Positions 30,301 to 40,500 of a stretch of DNA of 64,000 bases are shown piece after piece. The stretch lies in the IMG/VR virus record IMGVR_UViG_3300042891_000711, positions 154,903 to 218,902 of that record; one strand, written 5' to 3'. The translations under genes were made by a program, and so were the position numbers. Under the pieces are notes generated by a model. That model was not told the origin of the DNA. It made no database searches and was given only the letters and a program-made list of their open reading frames with translations. The stretch's first letter is position 1, and every line of letters starts with the position of its first letter.

Positions 30301-33300
30301 GCCGAACTGTCCGTTAACGGCGCTGACATTGCCTGCAATAACCTGTCCTCGATTCCATACAGTTTCGCCTTCAAGTTTATTATAGGTATAGATTAAACCA
30401 ACATTAGCAGCACCAGCTAAACCAGAACTTGTCGGTGCATTAACTGCTAGACGTACCTGTGTACCATCAACGGCTGTATCGATATGTGAACCATAGGTAA
30501 ATGTGTTTACACCGTCGGGTATTATTGTAGTTGATGTACTATATATGTTTGCAGTATTTTTATCAAATACATTAACTGCACCCGTATTAGTCGAAACAGA
30601 TAAGTTTGCATATAACGTAGTACCAACAAAAATAGTTTGCTCGGCATTATCAATCATTTTTAATGCTCGACCGTAGCCAATGTTTGCAGAATATTCATTA
30701 TTAGTTGTCAATGAAGATACTGTAGTGTTTGCTGGGAATATATTATTAGTACTAACTATCTGACTTGCGCTTACAGAAAAAGCATTTGCACTAGTAAGGA
30801 AATTTGATATAATACCCACAGCATTACCTGTAATAGTTGTGATATTAGTTACAACGTTGCCGCCAATAGTTAATGTACTTGTGGCATTGGCCAATGCTAC
30901 ATTACTAAATGTAATGTACATGTCATTGGTTTTTACCAAGCGTTGATCTATTTCCCATGGATGTGTTTTTTCGTAGACTTTCCATGTGCCACTAGGTTGC
31001 GTACCATATGGTTGACCCTGCACTGCATTAGTTTCGGCATCATCGTCGATCCAAATCTTTTCACCAACTTTCCATTGATGTTTAGGAGAATATAATCGTG
31101 CATCTTCCATGTATTGAAATCGTATGCTATCTAAAATAAACAACATACCGTCGCCATCAAGTGTGGTTAATTGTGTTGTATCACCAGAATATTTGACTAA
31201 TATATTATTGAGGTCAACTATTTCTTCAACTTGGTAGAATCCATCAAATTCTGTAGTAAAACTACGAATTAGGAATATATCGCCAGCGGCCAATCCGTGT
31301 GGATCATCGGTGGTAAATGTCACATATCCATCGAGTGAGTTTGACACCAACAATACATGATTGTTAGTTTCTGATACTCGATAAACATTCCAGTTTTGCG
31401 AAAAGTCTTTTGCACACCATATAGTATATCCAGTACCTATTGCACTTAAAGAATTGTTTAAATCTATAAAATTAGCCAAATCAAATATAGTAGTATCAAC
31501 ATCGTCGATGTTTACATATCCGGCGGTGGCAATATCATTATTATAATCACTAGCTGCATCTCTGTTTAATGCAATAGTACCTGCATATTGTTCAGTTGAT
31601 TTATATAGTTGTGATTTATTAAATGTAGTTACACCGTCACTGCCATCAGCAGTCACAAAAGTAGCAATTGCAGGATTAACCGAAAATGCTTTTTCGTCGA
31701 GTGCAATTTCAACATACGGGTTAGTATCTAACGCACCGTATTCACCCACACGTATTGCCCATTCTTCGTAGAAATTTATAGCACTACTTAAATTGTTAAA
31801 TTCTGCATTTGATAATTGATTAATTGCATTTGCAGAACCTTTTTGTTTAATGAATCCTTTATACAATTCAATTTGTGTAGTGTCACTTAGGCCCAGATCT
31901 GCTAGATATTGACGTGGTTTAAATCCGATTAAGCCGTGACTATATTTGATTTGGTCTGCATCTTTAAAGTTTGTATATGAATCATAATATACCTGCGACT
32001 TAGCAGCTATAGTGGCAAAGTTTGGTAACAACCCCTTTTTAATTTCAGTTGTAGAAATTTGTTTCCAGTAAGCAAATACAAATTCAGTTGTTGCTGCAAC
32101 ATTTTGTAGGGCAACATAATATTGATTTTTATATTGTACCAGATCACCTTTTAAATAATCCTTGCCGCCTTGCCAGGCATCTACATCACCAGAATTATAA
32201 ATAAAGCCCGGAGCACTTAAACTGCCATCCCAATCTGCTGTTTTTTGTCCAATTAATTTTAATCTAAATTGTCTATTACCTAGTTCTGGTTTGTAAATAA
32301 TATCGTTGAACACTGTTGTATTATCAAATATCAATACATGTTCATATTGCACCAAATTTAATTCAATGTAGCCTATAACTGCATCGTTAGTTAATGTCAG
32401 TTTAAAAGCAGTTGGACTACGCAATACGTTATAGTTTGTAGTCTTAACCAGGGCAAAATTTTGATCTAATACTTTAGAACCGTATTGACTATCTGTAATA
32501 GCATCCGTAATTGCGCCAACGGTAACTGCATTTATTACATTAGCCACCGGACTTAGTACCAAGATACTACCAGGTGCCCACCCTTGTTGCGCCCAGAATA
32601 AGAATTCCTTAGTTGATAGTTTCCAATTACGAGTTTCACCAAGTTGTTCATCGGTATCATTGAACGTAAAGCCTTGTGCCATTAAATGTCTTTCGTAACT
32701 AATTAAAAAATCAGCTACTTGTTGTTGAGTATTAAATTCGTAGCCGTATGGCACTGTTAGTTTTAAGTTTTGATAATCTTTAAACACAGTCACTGAATTG
32801 TTTAATACAGTAATTTTATATGCGTTTGTGTTTATAACACTTGGAATAATAGTAAAGTATGGATTGGATAAATTATATCCACGTACACTATACCCGTTTG
32901 TAGTTTTTTCAACAATTACACCGCTGTAGACTATCCTATCAACCGGAGTTGATTTATACAAATGTACATTATAATTTTCATTTGGGATAATAATACTATC
33001 ATTTGTACTAGTCGGTGAACTTTGCTCTGCCAACACCTGCAGATATTTTTGATCACTGAATCCAGCCATTTTATATGCAAGATTAACTTCGTAATTTTTC
33101 AATAAAGGAGTAATAACACTGGCCGGATTAATTCCTTGTTTTACTAAGAAATCCGCAATCCAGTTTATGTAACCTGCTGTCCTAACCGCTGTGCCAGATG
33201 ACGTATCACCATTAAATGTCATTGATGTTTGTTTAATATGATCATTTGTGTCAGTTATGTACTGGTCTAATACGTAATTTTTTGAATAACGTGATACATC

Positions 33301-36300
33301 CATTAATAGGCCAAAGTATCTAGCCGGTTTAGCCAACGCTAGAGCTTGTTGAGCGGCAAATGGGTAATCACTACTGTTGCGCCAGGCAGCTTCAACTGGA
33401 CCTTGTTGCCCTACTGCCCACGATGTTGCGGCTCTAGTGGAGTTAAACGATGCTGTCATAATTGCCGCTGGACTTAATAGTAGTCCATTTACGTCAATTG
33501 GAATAACTGCCGATAAGCCAGGACGAGCAAAATTAGTATCTATACCAGCACGTTCGCCATATTTAATTAAACCTAGTTCTAGGTCGTCCCATAAGAGTTT
33601 GTTACCACCAGTGTAAGGTGCAGGACCGTATTCTTCTACCCACCATGATGGCATTGTAGAGAAGCCCAACATCTCCCACGGAGTTTGATGTGGACGTATT
33701 GTATCGTAGAAGTATTGATAACAGGCTCTCCAGCTGCCAGGTAATATTTCACCGCTAATTCTATCAACGAATCGACCATAGTTCCAAGTAAATGGATCAT
33801 TGCTTTCAAATGTGTCGTTAATTGTAAAATCAATTTTATTATTGCCAATCCAATTTAAGAAATTCTTAGATAATAATTGATTAGCATCAGCCAATGAATA
33901 ATCACCTGTTCTAAATTTTCCTGGCATAACTGCATATATGTCTCGATAACTGCTCGAATCTCTAAGAGTAATGTTGTTGTATATACGCTTTTCTAATTCT
34001 AATATAAAACTATCTCTATAATCTTCAAATGCTGGTGTCATACTGCCATCATGACCACGAATAACATTAATAGGTGTACGATACGTATCGTCTAAAAAGA
34101 TTTCAGGAATAAATTTAGGATATAACCCTAATTTACTCGGAGTTTCTGGCACATACGATCCATTTGTATCTTGATATTCTACAATTTTAACATTATCGTC
34201 GACTTCTAAAGTAACAGTATCCTTAAATGTTATTGCTGGACGATCTGTATCAAATGTATAATCTCTATCTATGATTAACTGTACATCATTTAAATAAACC
34301 AATACCGCAGTATTACCTAAGGCAGTGGCGTCAAATACTGTAGTAATTTCATATGAACGTACCAATGGATCAAATATTGTATAACCTGCACCATTGACAA
34401 TATTTTTTAATGTACCATACGGTATCATGTCACTGTAGAACCACGGGAATGTTTTATTTTTAATCTTGTTAATTTCTGTTAAGATTAAATCAACGCTGGC
34501 CACAGGATCAGTTGGCTGTATGCCCGACAATGTTGCACTCAATTCTAAAAATTTATTTTTAAATCTAGCATATTCTTGTTGTGCATAACGAACAGCGTCA
34601 ATAAAGTTTGTGCTATCGTTTAATAAAAATAATGCTGCATTTGATATCGGTGCACTGTGTTGCAGTATGTTGCCGCCTTGTGATTTAATCTCAATGTCAC
34701 GCAGATTACTTTCACTAAGTATATCACCCACTAACTCGCTGCTATTCTGACTTAGCTCCACTAGATGATTTCTAATTTGTCCCAATGTCAATGATTCTAA
34801 ATCAATGTTTTGTGCATTTAAATCTAAGTTCTGCGGTACTTGATATTGTCCAAGTTTACTTACTTCGAGACTATAAATTAAGATATCAATCTTGTCGCCA
34901 ATCGCTGGTGCAGTGGTCAACGTTAACTCATTATTTGTTAGTGTCCACTGTGTTATGTTCAAGAATGTATTATTTTTATAAACTTTAACATGAGGAACAG
35001 ACGCTGATGCCACAGGAGTAATATCAATTTTAAACGGGCTATTAATACCATTATAGATGTATGTAATTAATTGATACTGTTTAAGTGGTTCAGCCACTGT
35101 ATTCCAATTATTTTTTGGAACTACTGTATTTCTGTCGATGATTTGTTGTAGGAAACCAGTGGCGATTCGATCAGTGTATTCCACTCTATCACGCACATAG
35201 GTAAATGTATCCGTATCAAAGTAGTTAGAAAATTCAATGTCGCCTTGCGCACGGAATGTTCTGTATTTTAATGGAAAGTATAATACTGTATCTGCTACAG
35301 TGCTGGTGCTAGTACGATTATAACCAAATAATCGTGTACCTGCAAATGTACTTGATTCATATTCAGCAAGACGAGTGCCATTGGTGTCATACACATCAAA
35401 CAATGGATCTTGTTGTAGGCTAGTCTTTGTCTGACTTTGTGTCCATGTATCTCCGTTGTACCACCACGCTGTTCCTTTATACAATCCTGTTTTTACTACC
35501 ACAGTATCATAAATTTCGTTATTAGCATCATCTGCAGGATTTAAATTGATATATACCGGTCCCGTTAGTCGCCCAATCTCGTCCAGTTGAGTTTGTACTA
35601 AATTAATTGTATAGATATTATCACGCACCACTGGATCATTATCATTGACAAATATAATTCTCATACCGTCAACTAGTGTAACTCCTCCTACAATAGTTAA
35701 TATTTTTCCATTCAACTCATTAAATGCATCTCGAGTAGTTGTATCTAGTATATCAATTGGTCGTTTACCAATTCTACCAAAATTAAATAATTGTAGATCT
35801 GCTTCAAATTGCACAATTGGACGTTGAGCACGATATGTTTGATCGTATGTAACAACTACATTATTATATTCGGCGGTTAATTTAATCACATCACGGTGAA
35901 ACCAACGATTGCCACGAGACCAAGGATTCAAATCTTTACTACAACGATTAATTGTAATATATTCTGCATTAGACACATTACCTGGCAAGCCATCTGGATA
36001 ATTTAATGCTAGTTCATCATTGTATAGCTCAGGTGTAACTAATAATTCTACATCAATTAGCTGTATTCCGGTTGGTGCCCCTACATTCTCAACATAATAT
36101 TCTTTATTTTGATAAGACGCCGGAGTAACATCGGTACCAAAACTTACCTTTAATCCACTGGTGAATATTACTCCATTAGGGCTAGTATAGTTAGGTGTTC
36201 CTATAATATCATTTTCGACATCAATTTCCCAGCCAGTAATATCAACAAGTTTGATTGTACCGTAAATAGATGGATCACTGCCGTCTTGGAAGTATAGCGT

Positions 36301-37506
36301 ATTTTGTATACTTGAGATTACAGGAACAACATGAAAAAATTCATCATAATCTTTAAAGAACTCTTTATTGGCATTCACAAGTCCAGATTTAATGTACACT
36401 TTTTCATTAAGCAATACATTTTGAACATGCACTAAGCGAATTAATGGATCGTTAATATTGCCTATATCAGTGAACTGCACTTTCCATACGCCGTAACGTT
36501 GGGCATTTGGAATAACTGTACCAGCATTGTATCCAGAAACAACCAACCCGGTGTCCGGATCAATGACTTCGGGCATGGTCCATGCTTCTTCACCACGACT
36601 TGTTAACAGATTTTGGTTTATGAAAATTGCAGTTTTACCATTAAGTTGCCCAGTAATTCCTGCGTATGCTGGAAATTCTGCAAGAAATTGACTAACAGTG
36701 CGATTTTGTATATCTGCATAGGCAAGAGGGACAGCATATTCCACATTAGCTACTACATTCATTAACACATATCGATCTTGTGCTGTTGACTGTGGAACAT
36801 TAAATGTAATTGTACCTGTTTCTGCGCCGTTATTAGTAACGCCAAGTACATCTCGTGTGCTAACTGTCGGAGTTGCATTTACTAATCCATCAACGCCTAA
36901 TTCAGTTTGTATCCAAAATCCGGAGCCAAGTTGATCGACTTCGAACGTATATTGCCCACCACGAGCCAAGGTAATTGTATTTTTTACTAAGCCACCTGTG
37001 GTAAAATCATAACGAGATATGTTTGCGTTACGAGTGACAGTAAATGTTTTTTCTAAGTCGACTCCGCCGGTATTAACATCAACCGGATCTGGTCCATCTT
37101 TAAGCCAGTAGTATTGACTGAAGTTAACAAACTTATCAAAAGAGATTTGCGGATCAAAACTATAGTATTCGCCATCAAATAGTCTGTCATGATTGGCTGT
37201 CAACCCACTGTAGTATTCAATTTTATTTAATATATCATTATAGCCAGCAAAGAATGTAATTTCTTTTTGATCATTGCGAACAACAATACTTGGCTCGAGT
37301 TGATACTTTTGTCTGTCAGCTGAACTTTCAATTACATAGCTGTCTTTACTTTTGTATGTAGGAGCAAATGTTCTTCCAATATAGCCATATATATTTCTCA
37401 AATTTGGTTCAGTTACTAACTGATCCATTGTGGCCGACAAGAACTTATTGTTAACGTCGGTTTGAAATATGGTAGGAAGAAAATTTGAAGTCTTTTTTGT
37501 CGCCAT
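24394..37506 (-). CDS. Giant (4370-aa) baseplate wedge / structural protein with beta-propeller and carbohydrate-binding-like modules
   Basis: Follows the gp6-like gene. It has FG-GAP-like repeats, two W...Y..GD.V.(Y/H) CBM5/12-like motifs and G.GY...P.V.I repeats. Confidence 0.7.
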   Translation of the reverse strand: MATKKTSNFLPTIFQTDVNNKFLSATMDQLVTEPNLRNIYGYIGRTFAPTYKSKDSYVIESSADRQKYQLEPSIVVRNDQKEITFFAGYNDILNKIEYYSGLTANHDRLFDGEYYSFDPQISFDKFVNFSQYYWLKDGPDPVDVNTGGVDLEKTFTVTRNANISRYDFTTGGLVKNTITLARGGQYTFEVDQLGSGFWIQTELGVDGLVNATPTVSTRDVLGVTNNGAETGTITFNVPQSTAQDRYVLMNVVANVEYAVPLAYADIQNRTVSQFLAEFPAYAGITGQLNGKTAIFINQNLLTSRGEEAWTMPEVIDPDTGLVVSGYNAGTVIPNAQRYGVWKVQFTDIGNINDPLIRLVHVQNVLLNEKVYIKSGLVNANKEFFKDYDEFFHVVPVISSIQNTLYFQDGSDPSIYGTIKLVDITGWEIDVENDIIGTPNYTSPNGVIFTSGLKVSFGTDVTPASYQNKEYYVENVGAPTGIQLIDVELLVTPELYNDELALNYPDGLPGNVSNAEYITINRCSKDLNPWSRGNRWFHRDVIKLTAEYNNVVVTYDQTYRAQRPIVQFEADLQLFNFGRIGKRPIDILDTTTRDAFNELNGKILTIVGGVTLVDGMRIIFVNDNDPVVRDNIYTINLVQTQLDEIGRLTGPVYINLNPADDANNEIYDTVVVKTGLYKGTAWWYNGDTWTQSQTKTSLQQDPLFDVYDTNGTRLAEYESSTFAGTRLFGYNRTSTSTVADTVLYFPLKYRTFRAQGDIEFSNYFDTDTFTYVRDRVEYTDRIATGFLQQIIDRNTVVPKNNWNTVAEPLKQYQLITYIYNGINSPFKIDITPVASASVPHVKVYKNNTFLNITQWTLTNNELTLTTAPAIGDKIDILIYSLEVSKLGQYQVPQNLDLNAQNIDLESLTLGQIRNHLVELSQNSSELVGDILSESNLRDIEIKSQGGNILQHSAPISNAALFLLNDSTNFIDAVRYAQQEYARFKNKFLELSATLSGIQPTDPVASVDLILTEINKIKNKTFPWFYSDMIPYGTLKNIVNGAGYTIFDPLVRSYEITTVFDATALGNTAVLVYLNDVQLIIDRDYTFDTDRPAITFKDTVTLEVDDNVKIVEYQDTNGSYVPETPSKLGLYPKFIPEIFLDDTYRTPINVIRGHDGSMTPAFEDYRDSFILELEKRIYNNITLRDSSSYRDIYAVMPGKFRTGDYSLADANQLLSKNFLNWIGNNKIDFTINDTFESNDPFTWNYGRFVDRISGEILPGSWRACYQYFYDTIRPHQTPWEMLGFSTMPSWWVEEYGPAPYTGGNKLLWDDLELGLIKYGERAGIDTNFARPGLSAVIPIDVNGLLLSPAAIMTASFNSTRAATSWAVGQQGPVEAAWRNSSDYPFAAQQALALAKPARYFGLLMDVSRYSKNYVLDQYITDTNDHIKQTSMTFNGDTSSGTAVRTAGYINWIADFLVKQGINPASVITPLLKNYEVNLAYKMAGFSDQKYLQVLAEQSSPTSTNDSIIIPNENYNVHLYKSTPVDRIVYSGVIVEKTTNGYSVRGYNLSNPYFTIIPSVINTNAYKITVLNNSVTVFKDYQNLKLTVPYGYEFNTQQQVADFLISYERHLMAQGFTFNDTDEQLGETRNWKLSTKEFLFWAQQGWAPGSILVLSPVANVINAVTVGAITDAITDSQYGSKVLDQNFALVKTTNYNVLRSPTAFKLTLTNDAVIGYIELNLVQYEHVLIFDNTTVFNDIIYKPELGNRQFRLKLIGQKTADWDGSLSAPGFIYNSGDVDAWQGGKDYLKGDLVQYKNQYYVALQNVAATTEFVFAYWKQISTTEIKKGLLPNFATIAAKSQVYYDSYTNFKDADQIKYSHGLIGFKPRQYLADLGLSDTTQIELYKGFIKQKGSANAINQLSNAEFNNLSSAINFYEEWAIRVGEYGALDTNPYVEIALDEKAFSVNPAIATFVTADGSDGVTTFNKSQLYKSTEQYAGTIALNRDAASDYNNDIATAGYVNIDDVDTTIFDLANFIDLNNSLSAIGTGYTIWCAKDFSQNWNVYRVSETNNHVLLVSNSLDGYVTFTTDDPHGLAAGDIFLIRSFTTEFDGFYQVEEIVDLNNILVKYSGDTTQLTTLDGDGMLFILDSIRFQYMEDARLYSPKHQWKVGEKIWIDDDAETNAVQGQPYGTQPSGTWKVYEKTHPWEIDQRLVKTNDMYITFSNVALANATSTLTIGGNVVTNITTITGNAVGIISNFLTSANAFSVSASQIVSTNNIFPANTTVSSLTTNNEYSANIGYGRALKMIDNAEQTIFVGTTLYANLSVSTNTGAVNVFDKNTANIYSTSTTIIPDGVNTFTYGSHIDTAVDGTQVRLAVNAPTSSGLAGAANVGLIYTYNKLEGETVWNRGQVIAGNVSAVNGQFGYGFAFDELGHWLYVGAPYESTPKVYVYGLKRFVTEANGTVTTSGSVSSITVPFTPEVTDDANSLVVTSATRTYIPNIDYTLSGTTITFISGNVNDTLTISQGPYYALIGDPTDPLYPLVGPAGSEFGFCIDASLNGAQLGVGAPADTVNVAVFSDGITTVDRSIPVGTNTASITVDGNVLPRISYVENVSAGAVYVYDRVIEAFNSTNGTVYTTEGNIAPVHAVTVDDIETFNYTKTGANEITLFVPLGVGKNVKIETNQFTLLEKLIGVDSLGGSLSAIQQGARFGTSLTICSNNCAFYIGAPFYNADTVYNTGAVWKFHNKGTLYGINRGFTKNPTFTPGDTIRLDNFQITVQPLHNDPITGLPMSSLDSLIKDINDAKLLGITAVNENGYLRLDSDKTVAKNRLRVLSGSGAVYADAGLAIFAFMQIIVNPYSSNNEYFGTKVILARNAYMLVISSDGGTTNTFTTFDSDTTVIDDDSTPFVDSVKASGSVYTYELYDDPRDMVEHPGRYAFCQQLNPTDLNTGDGFGAAIDIIGGHIIVSAPSDDTITNLTLSTAVTVRAGDIITQKASDNIRYIVSADATASTNITVSPAGTDHFVTGTVIVDGVEVVYPIWINGVATSTYINNVVENTGSIYLFNNTINKRGWSLIRYQQPTVDIESVNRMYLYSNLSNTILTTLEFIDPAKGKILGRADQEISYKTGYDPAVYNRGTNSAVSLNDTIFWNGEQVGQVWWNLSQLSYIDYEQDTLTYRSINWGRLFPGSTVELLEWVESDYLPSAYVANGGEGIPKYADDSAYVELVYVDQVTNIISIKYFYWVKDKTTVDLNNETRRLPIAAIKDIIENPKNQGTPYAAIIQNNAFVVYNVGSYLSAKNTILHLDYNTVKNTNIIHSEYELVEKGNANSIISPKIINKLIDSLAGIDILGAEVPDPALSQADKFGLGTRPRQAIFADRFAAYANLVDYANSILITKPIARNCDLTTISSAEAQPNIKLGEYNLKIATEIELQYLDVSVLAVGYKVLVNQDTTRDNLWVLYELSTTKIWEIIRIQSYKTDLYWEYVDWYAPGYGTDTQLEYVVETLTDALKLPVAVGEEVLVRVSTGNSRGWNLLVLNSNNQFDVVGIQDGTIQLKTSSGNFINNTTPTTEVRYIINALKDDIFVGELDTEFNKLFFVMINYLFNEQKYVDWIFKTSFISVSHKLRSLLQYPNYIKDNQTYYENYITEVKPYSTKIREYSINYDSNDEFAGSVTDFDLPAYYDTETKVFRSPSGENVIKDEALWQTDTYNQWYANRNHRVENIIVEYGGSGYTAEPIVTIVGGGLAATGATARAIIDFDLGTVTSIEILTRGTGYFLTPTVLINGTNTTPATAYAVLKNNQVRTFDTTLKFDRISYTSSVQEWTANTAYTVGDIVTHVGSLAGAVRHAFIVTANITSGSTFVHTDDYTEYNSANFTTANDRIVGYYEPGASMPARDLNQLLRGIDYPGVRVQGLGFDQAPGFSGATPFDTGLFDQIQYDADGLPLLDDATVDTIIQSNYTDLALGTRAEDIDVVGGAYVDTYSSHAPEEMVPGIVFDTLDMQVYTKINSNVDVIAYRMFSNMMREESYLRIADAHATTLAAPLGLTDTEIVVADASKLAEPFMDAIGIAQISIPGVVFINGERITYYTRDLITNTLGQIRRGTQGTATPVIQYAGAVVTDGSVDQIVPGTVSNVVLSTTTPYTVTSTRSYYLSLTESITANVGDVITQTASGASLTVAGIDSVARVLLVVRNNSNSLTFQDNYLKLSGNVTVSSGDYITQSSTGANVTVLTTGANVSNVEVSYYGITTLNTGRASGNIAINGSNVAVYPTTITGNITLNSEIIINGTNTGNVYPLSIVPVGRNDNGIPFVDNNGNVTIAANIELHTTNVWYNLGSGVATDGTGFDGSTTVPVTFLKGSTATNIVITAIKDMITTEDAVNTLTTEDSKTIIED

Positions 37507-37536
37507 GTCGTTATAATCTCAAGTGTTATATAGTAT

Positions 37537-40500
37537 TTAAGCCAGTACAGTTTGGTTGATTTGCGCCGCGGTAATTGCACTAATAATCTGTACATTGTCT
37601 ACTGTAGCTGCACTAACAATAATTTCATTGTAGTTTGCATTGATTTGTAACAAGCTACCAAATGTACTAGATTCGCTTGACGGCACAATAGTTATACTCG
37701 AAATGTTAGGTGCAAGTACACTATGCAGATATGCACTTAGTTCACTAAAATAAAATGTTTCGCCAAAGTCCCAGTTTGCAACATCAAAATAGTTATTGAT
37801 TGCATCAATAACTTTAGTTTTAACATCGTTGTCACTAACAATAATACTTGCATTTTTTACAACTTTAAATGTTGCTTGCAATGCGGTTGGCGCTTTGGCG
37901 CCAAATATTGGTTTGAATTTAGCAGGATTATAAATGATGGTATCTGTTAAATTTTTATAATTTTCTAATGTACTAAATTCTGTACTTAAGGCATCAACTG
38001 TTGGCGCAGTCGGTTCGCCGACGGTGCCAGTGCTATCCTGTATCCAGGCTGTATAATCTGTTGAATATTGTTTTGTTAATAGATACAAATCAATAATATT
38101 ATTTGGGCTTGGATCAATACGACGATAGTTAGGACTATTGTGTCTGTATTGGAAATATAAATCTTGTCGTCCTACTTTAGCAGTATAATCAAATACTTCG
38201 TTTAATGTGTAGGCTGCGCCGGTAACAGTTAATTGATAGAATTTATTTTCTGGTGCAATGTAAAACAATTTGCCAGATGTGTACAACGTTGCATCAGCTT
38301 GTGCTGCAACCAAAGTTTCATAAGTTGATTCTACTAATGTATTGCTTACTAAAGTCTGTGTAACAAAATTATCATATCCGTAAGTTGATTGGAAAAATAC
38401 ATACTTGCTATTACTATTAACGTCAGGACTAACAATTAACTCAAATAATTCCGGATTATCCAAAATACCATTAGTGTCCAAATCAGAAAATGTAACTAGA
38501 ATTTTACTAGGATTTTCATATCCGTCAACTTCGATAATATTTTTATAAATGTACCATGTATAATCTAAGGCCAATGGATTAACATCATCTGGATTACTAT
38601 TAACTTTTAATATTTTAATATTATCGTGTACTGTAAATCCAGTTTTTGGATCGAATACTTTTACAGTATTATCAAAGTAGAAGTTAGTTTCTTTTACACT
38701 TTCAAATACGTAATTTAAACCACGATACAGTACAGTATATGTCTGACCAACTGTTTTAAAGCGTATTAGCCAGCTGGCATCTAACCCTGTACTGCTGGTA
38801 TTACCTGCATAGCCTAAATTAAATTCCCCAGTATCTAAGTCACCAGGTAATATTAATTTCCATGATGTAGTATCGATATCATATCGTAGACCAAAATCTT
38901 CATATGCCTGTACATAACCAACAATAGAATCTACTAGTGCTGTTGAAAAGTCAGTGTCAAATACCGCATATACCGCAACAGCTATAGCACCGTTAGGAAC
39001 TTGTTCACCTAATATAATTGGGCCGGAACCATTGGCTAAATTACCTGTGCCACCATTGGTTCCATCACCTATTACCTGCTGAACATTTGCATAGATATAA
39101 AATTTGTCACCAGACTTGCTTGGTATACCTGTTTGAATAGTATTGCGTGCATCAAAATAGTTGCCGGTGCCTGCACTAAATTTAATTATAGAGCTTTGTT
39201 TAATAAACTTGTTATTTGTAGACACTACATCGCCAACTTGAAGTATAGTATCATTTGAATCAATAAAATAACCCGTAGATCCATTGGCCACAGTAGTTGA
39301 ATAATTCCAGTATGCGTTAGTGATAGTAATAGTTGGGTATTTACTGTAGAAAAATTGTAATGTTTCCTGTGCTGATGCCACCGGTTTTACTTTATTGTAA
39401 ATTGCTTTGTAAATATCATTTCTTGTAGTATAATCAAAAGAGAATGTGCTGACAAATGGGTCACGATACAATACACCATCATCTGCAAAGATATTAGTGC
39501 TTGAGTATTTTCCAGTTGTGTCAATAACATCTAAGTAACGGCTAATACCAGAACTAGTACGATTAACTGCTTTTACTTTTAAAATATTGCTGAACAATGT
39601 GTAAGGTAAGATATTATAATCTTCACCTGTTACCATACGATCCTGTGTATAGTATTGTTGTGGTGCTTTTTGACGAATTTCATCAAGTGTTTCACGTGAA
39701 CTAGCATTAGCTACTGTGTAGCGTAGGCTAGCACGAATAGTTATAGTTTCAACGCGGCCGGTTCGACTGATATAATTAACTGGTACAACTATACCCTGCA
39801 TCTCATCCGGAGTAATTTTATAATCAGCACCATTACTTACACGATAATATAATCTATAATTGCCTTGTGGAATATTAGCAAAAGATCCATCGCCGAACAC
39901 TAGATCAATTTGATCACTGGCTCTAGTGTTAACTTGAAATACGGATTTATTAGTACTTTTATTATAGATAACATTAGTATTGTTTACTGTTGCAACCTGT
40001 GTCCATAAGGCATTTGGTAATCCTTGTGCGTCTAAACTGTATAACCATATATCGGTATTATTAATATTATCTACATTAACACTGTAGACACGATTTGGTG
40101 TACTTTCTTGGAATGTGAAATCAAGTGATTTTAATTCGCCCTGTTTGAAGTAGGTAAAAAAGCCTGTATTATTACTAGTGTTGCCTAAATTGTCGTTACG
40201 GTAAAGTAGATTAAATGGTTGATTTTGACGAGGTGCGCTTTCATATATAAAAGTTTTACCGGCACTTGTTGGGCTGGTCATTTCAAATTTAGTCGTAGTA
40301 CCTTCGATGTTAGTGGTAAAACTATATGTTGCAATAATACTTGGTACTAAATTTATTTGATATTCGTCGGTGGTTATACCATTAATCAATTGAGTGTTGC
40401 TAGGTTTACCTATAGATTGAGTTGATAACAACCCTGCATTAATCACTGCGGTGAACTGCTCATACCAATTATCATTTGCTGAATCAGACCAATTAATTAC

